Assembly (NCBI GenBank): GCA_000182565.2
Contig: KQ257450.1
Source: Spizellomyces punctatus DAOM BR117
Taxonomy: Eukaryota
Reading direction: 5' to 3' (one strand)
Length of the DNA stretch: 64,000 nucleotides
Notes under the pieces: model-generated
What the model was told of the DNA's origin: nothing
The model's input: the letters and a program-made list of their open reading frames with translations, nothing else
The model's database searches: none
Made by a program: the position numbers and the translations under genes
Shown: piece by piece, positions 27,912 through 44,341 of the stretch
Position numbering within the stretch: the first letter of the stretch is position 1
How the letters are laid out: the number at the start of each line of letters is the position of its first letter

Positions 27912-29339
27912 CTACCACGGACATGCAGCCGGCAGTGTCGCGCGCATATCCGGGCTGTGCGATCTCGCCCGGCTCTCATGCTTCCTTGGTCCATATTCAC
28001 GATCCCCTATGTCTGACTCATTGGTCTCACTCGATACAGATCCATCCCGCTTTCGCTTCTTGCTCTTCTTTTTGGACTTTTTCTTTTTGTGCTTGCTGCT
28101 CTCCCGATGCTTCTTTTTTGGTGAGGGAGAAATGTCCGTTGCATGCAACGCTTCCGCTTTAACTTGTTCGTCAGCCAGCTCCTCCAGCCTATTCACGTAG
28201 TGAACCAGGCTTTCATCGTCGTAGTTAGAAATATCCAGACCCGGATCGTAGCCCTCTTGGAAAAATTTGTCTAGCCGTGAGGATCCCACCCCTCCCCGGC
28301 CGCGTTTCACGCGGACAGGACCACTATCAGAGGTCTTCAGAGAGAAAACATCTTCATTGCCACCTGATTCTCCAGATATTGACGAGCAATCAATAGACGG
28401 CAATGGCCCCTGCGACCTTCGAGCACGATTCAGTTCATCCATAAGCTTTTTATCTTTTCTGACGATACCAGCAGTTTCAGCACTTTTCGACTTTCGCCGC
28501 TTATTTCGTCCTCCTTCTCCAGAAGAGGGTGGCGAACTGTCTCTTCGTCGTTCTCTCAGGGAAGATCGAGAGGGTGACCTAGAGCGTGAGCGGGACGCAA
28601 CCATCGCACGCTGGGTGTATCTATGCTCTCGAGGTGACGGGGGTGAAGACCATACCGGCGAGGACGGTCGTCTAGAGTCTGGGGACTGTGATGATTTGTA
28701 AGCCCTACGTTGCCGGTCGATGCCTCTTCGCGATTCATCTGCCCATGTTCCCACCAGAACTGACGATGAGCTCTCCCCACGCGAACGTCGTCGATCTCGA
28801 CTGTCTGGATGCAATTCTCTTCTCTGCCGCCTTTTGAAGTCCCGCAGTCGCAGTTCCGCCTCTTCCCGCTCCTTTCGCAACAATGCATCATTATGCGCGT
28901 CTGTACTTCGAATAACACTGGCTAGAAAGCGCTTATTGGCCTTTGGAAGACTGAAAGGTTAGATTCAGCATGGTCTCTCACCTGAGAGACACTTGCGCTA
29001 GCTGGCTGACCTGTTCTTTCCCAAAAAGGCACTGATGCCAACCTCGTTGTAGCGCTTGTTGGCTACCGCCGCTTCCCTCAAGATTGTATCAGCAATATAG
29101 CGGTCGAGGTCATCGTCTGGGATATCATTGGGGACCCCTCCTACAGCCTGCCTTTAGATAATTAGTTCGAAGTCAATCGTCTCAGACCCGTGAGTTTCCA
29201 GAGCACTTACGGCTCGCATTAGCTTGGAGACTACTGAATTCAACGCAGAAGGAGGTGTTGATGAGGAAGAGGAGCTAGTGGCTTGCGTTTGATGTTGTGC
29301 AGTGCGTTCCGGCTTGGAATTGGAAGTGTTATTGCTCAT
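27912..29339 (-). CDS. Arg/Ser-rich nuclear protein (spliced), function uncertain
   Basis: Three exons: MSNNTS...KLMRA | GVPNDIPDDDLDRYIADTILREA | PKANKRFLASVIRSTDAHNDAL + RS-rich and Lys-rich tail. Confidence 0.7.
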
Positions 29340-29471
29340 CGTTTAGGTAACCAGGACAGATGAACCGACGCTGACATTTGTCGGCGCTGTGCCACTCGGT
29401 CGTTGCCATATCAACTAATTGGTCCATGGCCAATCTTCTTTCCTGAATAGTTTCCAATAGTTCCGCCAACC

Positions 29472-29867
29472 ATGTCCGCTCGCCGTCGCTTTCTCTCGCC
29501 ACGTTCGCCATACCCCTACCTTGGACTCGCTGCCGTCGGTCTCGGATGGTGGGCGCAAACGGTCTACGGCGGCATTAACTCACAAAAAGCCCACTCGGGC
29601 ATATTCAAGGCGGTTATGTTTCACCTTCGGCACGACGAAGCAGCTCAATCCCTTCTCGGAGATAATATCCACCATGACCCAAAAAAGCATCCAAGCGTCA
29701 AGGGCAACGTAAACATGCTAAAAGGAAAGGCGGACATAGAGTTTTTGGTGGAGGGGAGTAAGGGGACAGGAGTGGTGCGGTTTCGCGGAGTGCGCGGGGA
29801 GGATGATTGGACAAGTCAACTATTTACCTTGAAATCACCAGAAGGCAAAACCGTGGAATACCCATAA
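29472..29867 (+). CDS. COA1: Cytochrome c oxidase assembly factor Coa1-like
   Basis: Single TM followed by fungal Coa1-like HLRHDEAAQSLLGDNI...VKGNVNMLKGKADIEFLVEGSKGTGVVRF. Confidence 0.75.
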   Translation: MSARRRFLSPRSPYPYLGLAAVGLGWWAQTVYGGINSQKAHSGIFKAVMFHLRHDEAAQSLLGDNIHHDPKKHPSVKGNVNMLKGKADIEFLVEGSKGTGVVRFRGVRGEDDWTSQLFTLKSPEGKTVEYP

Positions 29868-30221
29868 ATATCACCGAGGAAACCTCACAGCCGTAGCTCT
29901 TGGTGGTATCATTCTTACCCGATCTAAGGTGGAAGGCCAGAATAAGTTCATATAATACCGGGGATGGAGGGGCAGGGCGTGCCAGATCCTTGGCAAGTCC
30001 CTTTACTGTTCCGAGAAAGGTGCAGAATATGGGATATTGAAATACGACATTTCCAGAGCAACAATCAACATGGTTTCCGGCTTTCTCTTGCGATATGTCA
30101 GAAACAGATAGCGTCGCAAGTGGAGTTTTCAGGTCGGGCAATTTCATAGATTTATAGATAGCGGAAAATGTGACTAGGAATCTTGTTGAGGCCTGAAACT
30201 CGGTGCATAGCAATATACGTT

Positions 30222-30505
30222 TTATTCATTTGTAGAGAAGAAGAACTTGTCACCTCGGCCAGCTCCACGGGGTTGGAAAGATCCCTTGATATAGGAAGGG
30301 CATTTCAATTAGTGGTCATGCAGCGGATATGCTGGAGTACATCGCCGACATTGAAACTCACCATCCACGCCCAGGAGCCCAGGAAGACTGCCGCCGGTAG
30401 AACCACTGTCAGCATCGCCCCAATTCCAACTGCTCTACGATTAAGCTTGTAGTACGCATGCGTGTTTTCCTTCATATGGTACCATTTTTCTGGAAACGCA
30501 GACAT
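30222..30505 (-). CDS. Mitochondrial complex I accessory subunit NDUFB4 (B15)-like, 2 exons
   Basis: EKWYHMKENTHAYYKLNRR + TM, spliced to GSFQPRGAGRGD, resembling fungal B15. Confidence 0.6.
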
Positions 30506-30876
30506 GAAGGTAAGCTTGAGGAGCGGGAGCGGGCGCCGTATTCACTGTTTGATGCGTCACTTACCAATTGCTGGGTCAATCTGTAGCGACAGAGAAAAGG
30601 TCACAAAATAGTAAGTACTCTCGTTCCAGCTATTGTCACTTGGGTGTATTTAGTTTCACGTACCAGCACGGGAGGGTATTTTCCACCACCAGCCATGTTG
30701 TTTGTCAAATCAAAAACGCTGGGAGGGATTTGTTGGCAACCGACACGGCATCCAATTTCCTGTTCATCCCATCCAACTGGCTGTGCCGCTAGTCGCGTGG
30801 CACAGCAAGATTTAGGTGCTGACTAGTTTGGTAGTGAGCATCAACAGCGGTTCGAGCAGTTGCAGAAAGCAGGACG

Positions 30877-35185
<4,309 letters not shown>

Positions 35186-35373
35186 ACAGGATGGTTCACT
35201 TGTATATAGTAATTACGATGAAGAGAATGTGGGCAGAAGGGCTGTGTATGTGGTCAATATCCCGTTATTTATACAATGATCTGAACCGCAGTGTACATGA
35301 CATATATCCGTGAGGTGGCAGTTATTATCTTCTATTGTCGCTGCTTTGCCAATGGTTGTTGAAGTGCCAAACT

Positions 35374-36869
35374 CTATTTCTTCAGCAAATGAATGGGAGC
35401 GTCGGCAGCTACAACAGCTTCCTTTCCCCCAACTGTACCCACGGAGCCTAGGGTATCAAGCTGAGTTAAACGGACGGTGCGACAGCGAAAGGTGCACGCT
35501 GGCTGCACCACTTACCGGTTGTTCCAAATGTCGTCCATGAAACAACGCCTGCACTCGGTTCGATGGTCGCCCAGCTGATGCCATTTGCTTTCTTCAACAC
35601 AAGTTCAATTTTCGTCGACAGTACTTCATATTTGCTCGCAGCAGCATCAATCGGCTGCGACAGAGGAGTATGGAACTTGAAGACCTTCCCATCCATAAAC
35701 TTCACGTCTACCTTCAACTGTAGGGAATGGAAAGTCAGGGAAGGTTCACCTTTTAATAATCGTCGCTCGTAACAGTACCTCATCAGTTGTAAACACGACG
35801 GATGTTTGTTCCTTGTTGACCTTCTTTGCAAAGATCGAGATTATCACGGATGATGGTGTCTGGTACCAATCATGTCTGCATTGAACTTCCTCCGGTACAT
35901 CCGTCTGCACAATTCATCAATAATGATTGTCACAAACGTAGGGCAGGTACGGCGTTACCTTGACATCCGTAAATCGATGCTTCCCTGTCTTACAGCCCTT
36001 GATCTTCAGGAACTCATCAAATTCCAGTACTTTTCTTGAGCAGCAGGACCAACCCTAAAACATTTCGAAAAACAGTAAGGATCAATCATCTCTTTTCATT
36101 CAGAGTCACGGCTGTAGGGTAGTAACCCGACAAACCTTGCTGCCTTCGTGGAAGATGGCTTGACCAGGGTGGAAGATGCATTCCTCCGATCGGGACTCTT
36201 CGCCGACCCATTCCTTCCCACAGCCACGCCGCTTGCACTTTGCCCCCGCTGAGATCTTTGCGTCACAAGGATCGTTGAGATCTTCCTCCTTTACTACCGG
36301 ACTTGGTTCTACGGATTTTGGAATGAACGCCTCCGTAGTCGCCGCAGGTGCACCAGATTTGGCAGTGGCTTTTCCGTACACTTCCACTCCATTACTGTCT
36401 ATTGTGACCGGCGCTATTGCAGGGTTAGGAGTGGCCGCTTGCTTCTCAGGTTCAGCGACAACCGTGCTATGACGACCAACAGTACATCCAGGTATCTAGA
36501 AAGGTCATCAGTAAACAGCATGTAGCCAACTGGGCGATCGGTGCTTCTCGGCATCGTACCTTTAAGAAGTCGTCAAAGTCTGTGACCTTTTTGTTACAGC
36601 AGGACCACCCCTGGGATCGTATGTGTGAATAAAGATCTAGGTGAATGAAAGTACGCAAGAAGTGTACCATACCTTGAGACCTTCGTGGAATACCGGGTTT
36701 CCTGAGTGATATTCACAGGCTGTGTCTCTGTTCGAAGCCTCTTCAAATGCTTTACCGCAGCCTAACCCGAAAAAACTGTTTAGTATGATCGCTTAAGGAA
36801 GGGGCAAGTATAAGCATGACACGAGCATATAACTTGAAATAATTTACCTTTGTTTGTGCACACAGGCAT
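35374..36869 (-). CDS. CHORDC1: CHORD-CHORD-CS Hsp90 co-chaperone
   Basis: Two CHORD domains (CTNKGCG...HSGNPVFHEGLKGWSCC; CKRRGCG...HPGQAIFHEGSKGWSCC) and CS domain (CRHDWYQT...KIELVLKKANGISW). Confidence 0.9.
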
Positions 36870-37011
36870 CGTTGCGAGATCAACGCAGATCGGTGATGGA
36901 GACACAAAAGGAAGGTGAGGAAAGTGTGGGGAGAACCCCGTAGAAGGCTCCCGATAGCACAGCAGACGGAGTACAACTTCATATAGTGATGTATCCTGAT
37001 CTTTACAACAA

Positions 37012-37095
37012 GCAGGATTGGCGAAATTGGTATACGCGTCAGACTTAAGTTCTGATGGTCGCAAGACCGTGTGGGTTCGACCCCCACATCCTGCA
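37012..37095 (+). tRNA. tRNA-Leu(UAA), intronless, long variable arm
   Basis: Acceptor GCAGGAT/ATCCTGC+A, D-loop TGG, anticodon stem TCAGA-CT TAA GT-TCTGA, variable arm GGTC-GCAA-GACC, T-loop GTTCGAC; oligo-T Pol III terminator ~25 nt downstream. Confidence 0.95.
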
Positions 37096-37617
37096 ATATT
37101 GAAGCCCAAACAACGATATTTTTTTCGGTCAGACCAAATAGCTTTTAAGCTAGTCGAAAAACTTTGAGCATGTCTTGATCAATACTGAACTGCCTAATCG
37201 ACTTTTCCTCCAGTGTTTTAGAATGTATTAACCATCAGCTTTGTTTTTCTGGGCGATCTATCCCTGTCCTGCCAAAGTTATCAGTTATCAAAGTGATCAT
37301 ACACCAATATCATCAGGCATCTCGTCAACGGTGTGAGTTGATATGAAATCCCACGATGAACTTCTCATGACCTCTCCTTGATGACGTCGTTTGATATGTG
37401 ATCGGTCTCGATATGAAAAGGCCATAGATTGTAGAACTCAATGTTGTCAACAGTGTGCCTTGAAAGTATTTATGAAACTCACTTTGGGCAACGCAACGCA
37501 CATCCGATGCTTGCAGCTCAAGGCAGAGTCACGGGGACGATGGACATGGCCTTGGACGCTTGGACGTGAGTGATCAAAGGACATCACCTTTGGTGCCTTA
37601 AACAGGCAGAAACGGTC

Positions 37618-38160
37618 ATGCGTTACATTCCATACCAGTCCGAGCTCCAACTTCCAGCAATAACTTCCCTCATTGAAAACGATCTCTCCGAACCGTACTC
37701 CATATACACCTACCGATATTTTATCCATAACTGGCCACAGCTCTGTTTTTTGGCGGTAGATGGTGAAAAAGATGAGATTGTGGGGGTCGTCGTATGTAAG
37801 CTGGACAAGCATAAGGAGGACATGAGGGGCTACATTGGCATGCTAGCGGTTGCGAAGGGGTATAGAAAACGCCGTATCGGTAAGTCTCGCGGACGGGACA
37901 TCTTCCAGATACTATAAGCATGTACACGAGCGGGTAGACTTCTGACGTTCGACGTTCTTAAACTAGGTTCCACGCTTGTTCAGATGGCCGTCGAGGAAAT
38001 GAAGAAGGAAAATGCGGACGAAGTGGTACTGGAGACCGAGGAATCCAATCAAGGTGCCTTGGCTCTCTATCAAAACCTTGGGTTTGCCAGAGACAAGCGC
38101 TTATCTCGCTATTATCTCAATGGGGTGGATGCCTTCAGACTGAAGCTGAGATTAAGATGA
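37618..38160 (+). CDS. NAA30: N-alpha-acetyltransferase 30 (NatC catalytic subunit, Mak3)
   Basis: [53 protein letters not shown]; true start may lie in an upstream exon. Confidence 0.92.
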
Positions 38161-38567
38161 AGAGAAACCACTGTTAGGTTTCTTGCTGCCGGATGGCCGA
38201 TTGTTGTCGGTAGACCGCGTTCGTCATTTGGAGGAGACGCGAGGAGATCGTAGCTGTCTAAGTATAGCCGCAAACAGGACCGGTCGTCGTCCGAGGACGA
38301 TACTATCGGTAATCCCTACAAGCGGAGGACTGAGAACAGTACATCGGTTGAACCAAGAAATCAGTTGTACACGACATGCATCGAATCTGCCAGCGAGAGC
38401 CAATATATCCGAGACAAGTCGCCATATATTAAACTCTTCTTTAAGCAATCATTTAGACGAAGATCAGTGTAGGGATATGCACTTTCGGAAAATACAAGAG
38501 CGGATGTGGTCCGCCGTGGCGAAATGAAAATGGGTGTGTGGATGTGAGGAAGCAATGTCAGATAGAA

Positions 38568-40604
38568 TCAATGCATTTTTCCATCCCTCTCTGGGCCCTT
38601 CAGTCGTCGTTCTTCTTGACTGTCCAATGAGGACCTAGCCGGCCCCACATTTTGCTCTGCCCACTTCATCACGTCTTCATCTTCGTCCTCTTCATCGGAA
38701 ATGTCCCTTAGCACCTCATCATCACTCCCGAACCCTTCTTCCTCATCCCGGGCAACAACTTTTCGCAGATTGAGATTTTGGCCAGCTGTATTCCCGTTGG
38801 TGACCCGAAAATCATCATCAAAGTCATCTTGAGCCAACTCATCCAGTCCGTAACGCTGATTATTCTCAGTCGGCCGCCATAGAATACAAATCCCCAAGAA
38901 AACGGCGAGATATAAAAGATTCAGCCAGCCGTCCAGCAAGAACCAACGGACCTGCCAGTGATCGGGCAGCCAGTTGGGAGAATCTCGATCCATGAAGAAT
39001 ACCTAAGGTGGAGAGTGCCCGTTAATGCTGAGAATTCCTCTACAGTCCGCGGACTCGCGCATAACCCACCGTATCCACGATAAACATCAAAATGATGACA
39101 GCCACAGAAGCCACCAATAGTCGCCAGAGCCCTGAAGATCAAGGACTGTTTTAGTATACTAGCGTGGACGAGACCTCTCACATTTAAAACCTTACGTCGG
39201 TACATTTGCAATTTGACTGCCTGTCTTCGATTTTCGAGATGAGCCATAGACTGCGTGATACCTATGATGAAGTGAACATGCTTCAGTACTGTGGACACTA
39301 AGATTGCAATTCTACGTATACCCACCATTCAAAATCCAAAAGTAGAAAATTGTCATTGTTATAGACAAAGGCATAACGCAAAATAAGAGAACCCAGATAG
39401 TAATGTCGATTACGAGTAATGAACTCGCAGCGTAGACAATGCCACACGCGAAATGCACGCAAGCGAGGTACACACACTTCTTCATCGTACGGCCCAATGT
39501 CGGTCTAACGACCCCATACCCCAGCGCGACGATGAGAAGCATGAAGAACGAGACACTGTTTCGGGCAGCATTGAGCACAACAACGAACACCAGGAGAGTA
39601 CTTGCTGAGCAATAGGTTAGCACATGGAGGACAAAGTCAAAGAAGCATGATACATACAACTCCGTCCCCAGACATTATAATCCTCAAAATAGCCCTACAT
39701 TGACCTGTCTTTAGAGGTGCATGTTTAACTGGACGATTCACAGCTGCGCTAACTTACATAATTGAAGGACATTTCTAATGTCAAAAAAATTGTGACCGCT
39801 GATATGTAGTGCTGGATCAGCAATAAGTCTCGCCAGTGCATGAATGATAGAACCATCCATCCAACCCCGATAATCAGGTACACTATGCTCAAAAAGCCGT
39901 AAAACTAGTGCAAGAAAAGGGAACGTTAATTTGGACGATGACCTACGAGAATAAAACCGTCATTACCGGTAATTTGGGATATTCTATTGCGGGAAGAAGT
40001 CCGTATGGATTTTCAACTTGCACCGGCATTGCATAGTCGTCAATTCGCCCGGCAACAGGCAATGCGACGATGCAGTAGAACCCCGTCTGAGTGACAGGAT
40101 AGTTGACTCTCAACGTTGGATTAGCAGGCAGAGCGTCGACATCCACGATACGGTTCAAAATTGTGGATGTCGTTGTCCCATTCCGAACCACCCACTTTCC
40201 ACGGTCCGCTTCTGTGCATTTGTTGTCAACTATGGTTCTTCCCTCCCCACATATCTGAAACAGGCCTCCGTTGTCGGCTAGCACCTCAATATCCTGGTAA
40301 TTATAAATTAAAAGAGAGATATTCGTGGCAGGTGGAATTGACGAGAAAATCGGTCGGAGCGTCCCATCCTTGTTTGCGCCAGGTACAGAACCTGGACCGT
40401 ACATTGGCCAACATCGCGGCTCGCCGTCTGTTCGCTACGAAAAACCCTTTTAAGATCCATCGTCGACTCTCCTCCTACTACATGCGTACCACTTACAATA
40501 TTCTCAGTATACGCTAGAACACTAGATGCATGATACAAGAGCACAAGGAGCCCTACTGCAACGGCAGAGACCAGCGTTTGTCGTGAAATTGATGTTTGCA
40601 ACAT
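38568..40604 (-). CDS. GOST/lung-7TM family protein (PTM1/TMEM87-like)
   Basis: Signal peptide, luminal domain ending NPYGLLPAIEYPKLP, LNAARNSVSFFMLLIVALGYGVVRPTLG, WFLLDGW...LWRPTENNQRYGL. Confidence 0.88.
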
Positions 40605-40770
40605 CGGGCAAGCTGAGAAGGGCTCGCGCTTTGCCTCTGCTGCGCGATGTGTCATGGCTCATACTAAGCCTCCAAGCCATTACCCAAGCATTTGAATTCT
40701 TTTTCGGTGTGGGGCACTTTTATCTCGTAGCCATTCAACTCACCTTTGACGCTCTAAGTTGCCATCGACC

Positions 40771-41292
40771 ATGACGAGATATAGGAGAACAAAGACACAT
40801 AGAGGGTGTGTATTACTCTCTACTGGATAAGATTCCTTTCTATTTGGGTTGGGACTAAGTGCGGCATTTACAGTATCCGCGATATAAAGCGGGCAAAGAG
40901 AACCCGAGCACGTACAAAGGATTTGGACCAAATTCATGAAGACATGAAAACACCGGAGAAGTTTGAGCAACAGGCTGTGGATGCTGATTTGCCCGGGTTA
41001 GGACAGCACTATTGCATACAGGTGAGACCTGCGGCAAATGGTGGTTAATGGTCAAAGGTGTATCTGGATGTGGTACTGATACCCTCTCCAGTGTAGCCGC
41101 TATTTCACTGATGCAGGTGCACTGTCAGACCATTATAAGACAAAGCTGCATAAAAAGAGGCTGAAGGTTTTAAAAGAATCCCCCTATACCCAAAAAGAGG
41201 CCGAGGCAGCAGCTGGTCTCTTTACGGACAACGGCAAAGGTAGGGTCTCGGGTGTGGACGATGCAACTGCCACTGGCCTTATGGACACCTGA
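40771..41292 (+). CDS. BUD20: C2H2 zinc finger ribosome biogenesis factor Bud20/ZNF593
   Basis: [31 protein letters not shown]...[12 protein letters not shown]...[12 protein letters not shown]. Confidence 0.92.
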
Positions 41293-41663
41293 GACCCACC
41301 CTGAGACATTCTCAGTAGGACTTCAGTTTAGTTAATTCTTTTTGCGTAGTATCCCCGTTTTACTCTTGTAAATATTGATGTTGGCATCCACATATTTATG
41401 ACATACAAATGAAAAAGCAAAAACCTGGGTAAAATCCTCTTCTGTGATATTATGTTGCATATGGCGACGAGAGCAAATTAACGACATGTGAGGGTCTCAA
41501 CACTTCGGGCCAATCGGTTGACTGATACAGGCAGAAAGTTGATGAAAATGAACGGGTGATGGGTCTCCTATTACATCGTTGATGAATCGGTATACCTTCC
41601 CTGGCCGTTATTAATAATTTACAGAATTGCGGATGGGTGATTTGATATTCAATCGAAGGCCAG

Positions 41664-43357
41664 CTAAGTTGCCCTGCCGGTGGTATCGTATACTTTCCGT
41701 TTCTTGGCTGTATGTTTTTTTGCAGTCAGCGTTAATACATCAGAGGCAGAATGGAATCCGTGCACTTACGGTCTCTCAAAACGGTATACGCTTCGACAAG
41801 CTTTTGAAATTGTTCCTTTGCTCGGTTCTTCTCCGCGGGATCTGTCACCCTGTCAGGGTGATGTTTCATAGCCAAACCCCGGAACGCTGCTTGAATTTCC
41901 TCTTTGGTCGCGTTCGGCTTGATGCCCAACGTCGCATAAAGTCCCAGTGGGTCGTTGGAAGCATGGGTTCGTGTGCGACCCTCTTCCCGCCGCTCGCCAT
42001 ACTGATATTGCTGCTGTCGACGCTGTTGCTGGCGCGTCTGTCCTCCTGCAGTGTCACCTTGCTTGGCGGCTTCTTCCGCACGCCGCCGCAATTCTTCCCA
42101 CCATGACCCAAAAGTTCGAGCACCTGATTGTTCGTTGGTTGATTTATATGCTCCTTGATCCTGTCTCCTTTGATTCGTCCGTTGCGCATCTGCCTCTGGG
42201 TCCCAGCCAGCGGCGCCGCCCATCCAGTTTTCCCGCTGTTCGTCAACGCGTCTCCTAGTCTCATAGATTGTTGACAAAAGTATAGGCCAGTAGCGAGCCC
42301 CAAGCATGCCCACCAGCGCAGGAAAAACGAACCACCACCAAATTCCGGAAGCACTCCAGAAAGCTCCAGTAATGAGAGCAACTAGGGTTGCACCTGCACC
42401 GGCTATCAGGCCAATTCGCATTGGATCGGGGAGTTTCTGCCCTCCAGTTTCGCCCGTAGCTCCATTGACAAACGTCCTCAGAATAGTACCATGGTAGTCT
42501 GCAGAAAAGACGTAACACGATAAAAATATCGGCACGGCTTCTGGACCTCCACCTCTGCCCTCAAAAGGTTCCAGTCCAAATTCTAGACGAACCCCGCGAA
42601 CCTCATCAGCTCCTGTAGATTTTTTCAAGAATTCTTCAGCGAGTAATTCTTCCTCTCTCCTGATGCTGTCACGTACTCTCTCAACCGCGGTCGCTGGCCG
42701 CATTTGGAAAGCATCCAATCCGACATCTGGTGGCGCGCGATATTGACGGAAAGGGATCGCATCTCGCCAGAGCGATGGACTGCGAACGCCGTCGACGTAT
42801 TCACGACGAAAGCGATAAGATGCGTACACTTGTGCTACCGGTTCAGTTCCCGACAGAGTTCGAGTATGCAGGTTGGTGTAGTCAAAGCTTCGCGGCTCCC
42901 AACGTACTTTGCGCACCCGATTGTACCGCTTATGATAGTGGTCGTATTCAGTCGTCCAGTAATGAAATCCCAAATGAGCGGTGACGAGATACACTCTAAT
43001 TGTATCTACAGCGTTAAGACTGCTTCTAGATTTTAGTGACAGGTGTCTCCAAGAACTTCACCTCAACCGCATCCTCACGACCCAAAATGGTAGCAGTAGC
43101 CGCTCCACTTTGAGATCCCGCAACCTCTTGGGTGTAGTAAGCCAGCCTTCATGATACTTTCGGAAAGCTTCCTCGGCCTCAGCTGCTGTAAGTCTGAACG
43201 GTACCACTTTCAGATTCTCTTGTGAAGGACCTGCGTCCGAGAAAAAGTGTGCGTGACTTGGACGGGCACGCCAAACAGTAGGTAACGCATTCCTCAAATG
43301 CCCAGTCTCACAATAGCGTAAATGACAAGCCCGCAGCGGAAACCACAGTAGTCGCAT
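41664..43357 (-). CDS. Membrane J-domain protein with C-terminal DnaJ domain and probable mitochondrial presequence
   Basis: Arg-rich N-terminus; two TM segments; YATLGIKPNATKEEIQAAFRGLAMKHHPDR...FQKLVEAYTVLRD..KRKVYD. Confidence 0.8.
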
Positions 43358-44003
43358 CTTTAGCAAATCTACTCGTTCCTGCTTGAGAATGAATCATCTG
43401 GATTGCCCACGTCATGAAAGGCAACTACGTATTTCGCGTTTTGCGGTGTCATTGCTCATTCCAAGCAGCATAAATTCATACACCAATGCGATACCATTCA
43501 TGTCGGTTAACAGCAGAAGGAGCTGCCCGTGCTACCAGTGGCCATGCTATTGTTAGCTGGACAATACCGCTTTGCGCACGATACCCCAAAGCTAATATCG
43601 AAGTGTAGTCTCAAGCTAAATTACTGTCTCCCGTATTTTTCTTTGTTCCAGCCAAGATTTGTATGCAAAGATTGCTTCAGCACCAATATGCCTGACGATT
43701 TGAAAACATATCTTCATTGATAACATGGCGCTAAATACCAGTACCCGAAACAGCTGAACAAAATGACGTAAAGTCAAAACCCGACAATGAGCTGGGTGGA
43801 CACCCATCTGAACCAATCCCAAACTCCGCCGTTACCCTGGTTGACAGACGTCTACTACACGATGCATCCTTCTCGCTATCATCAGAGCGGAATGCTCTTC
43901 TTCTGATCTTACCAACTGCTGGTTGTCATTGAGCTCTACTTCGCCTCAGATCGACCATTGAGTAAGCACCGTGTCATGTGATAGCCTTGCCTCCGCATTC
44001 ATA

Positions 44004-44030
44004 TCGACAGCCGATGGGTATTGGCACTAG
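44004..44030 (+). repeat. Fanzor left terminal inverted repeat
   Basis: AGCCGATGGGTATTGGCACTAG is the reverse complement (1 mismatch) of the CTAGTGCCAATACCCACCGGCT segment I recall near the 3' end of the SpuFz1 omegaRNA scaffold (from memory, to be verified). Confidence 0.7.
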
Positions 44031-44116
44031 TACAGTGATTCCAACCAATTGAATCATAATTTTACTCGATTTAGACTCATGAACTATGATTTGATAATGG
44101 TTCGATGCCCAAACGA

Positions 44117-44207
44117 TGCTCCACCATTGAAAAACGGGTCCAATATGTGCGGCAATGAACGGATTGAATATTCTGCAGTTGCTCCACCATTGAAAAACGG
44201 GTCCAAT
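44117..44207 (+). repeat. Perfect 28-bp direct repeat x2 (44117-44144, 44180-44207)
   Basis: TGCTCCACCATTGAAAAACGGGTCCAAT twice, separated by 35 bp. Confidence 0.95.
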
Positions 44208-44224
44208 GCGCAGTTGTCATATCT

Positions 44225-44320
44225 CTATATAAACCTGCCTTCTCTGCCCATTTCCCAGGTTTTCATCATTCTCTGCCGATAGGTTTTCATCATTCTCTGC
44301 CCATTTTCCAGGCTTTCATC
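44225..44320 (+). promoter_or_regulatory. Putative TATA box and tandem pyrimidine-rich 5' repeats of the Fanzor gene
   Basis: CTATATAAA at 44225; AGGTTTTCATCATTCTCTGCC at 44257-44277 and 44281-44301, plus a degenerate third copy, ahead of the ATG at 44342. Confidence 0.5.
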
Positions 44321-44341
44321 CATTTTTCTATTCCAATCATC

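Noticed and set aside
44031-44045. TA+CAGTG as a Tc1/mariner terminus
   Set aside because: It lies just inside the Fanzor left end; no partner TIR or DDE transposase in the window.
44117-44207. CRISPR array (28-bp repeat, 35-bp spacer)
   Set aside because: Only two exact repeats, not palindromic, no cas genes, eukaryotic context; kept only as a repeat.
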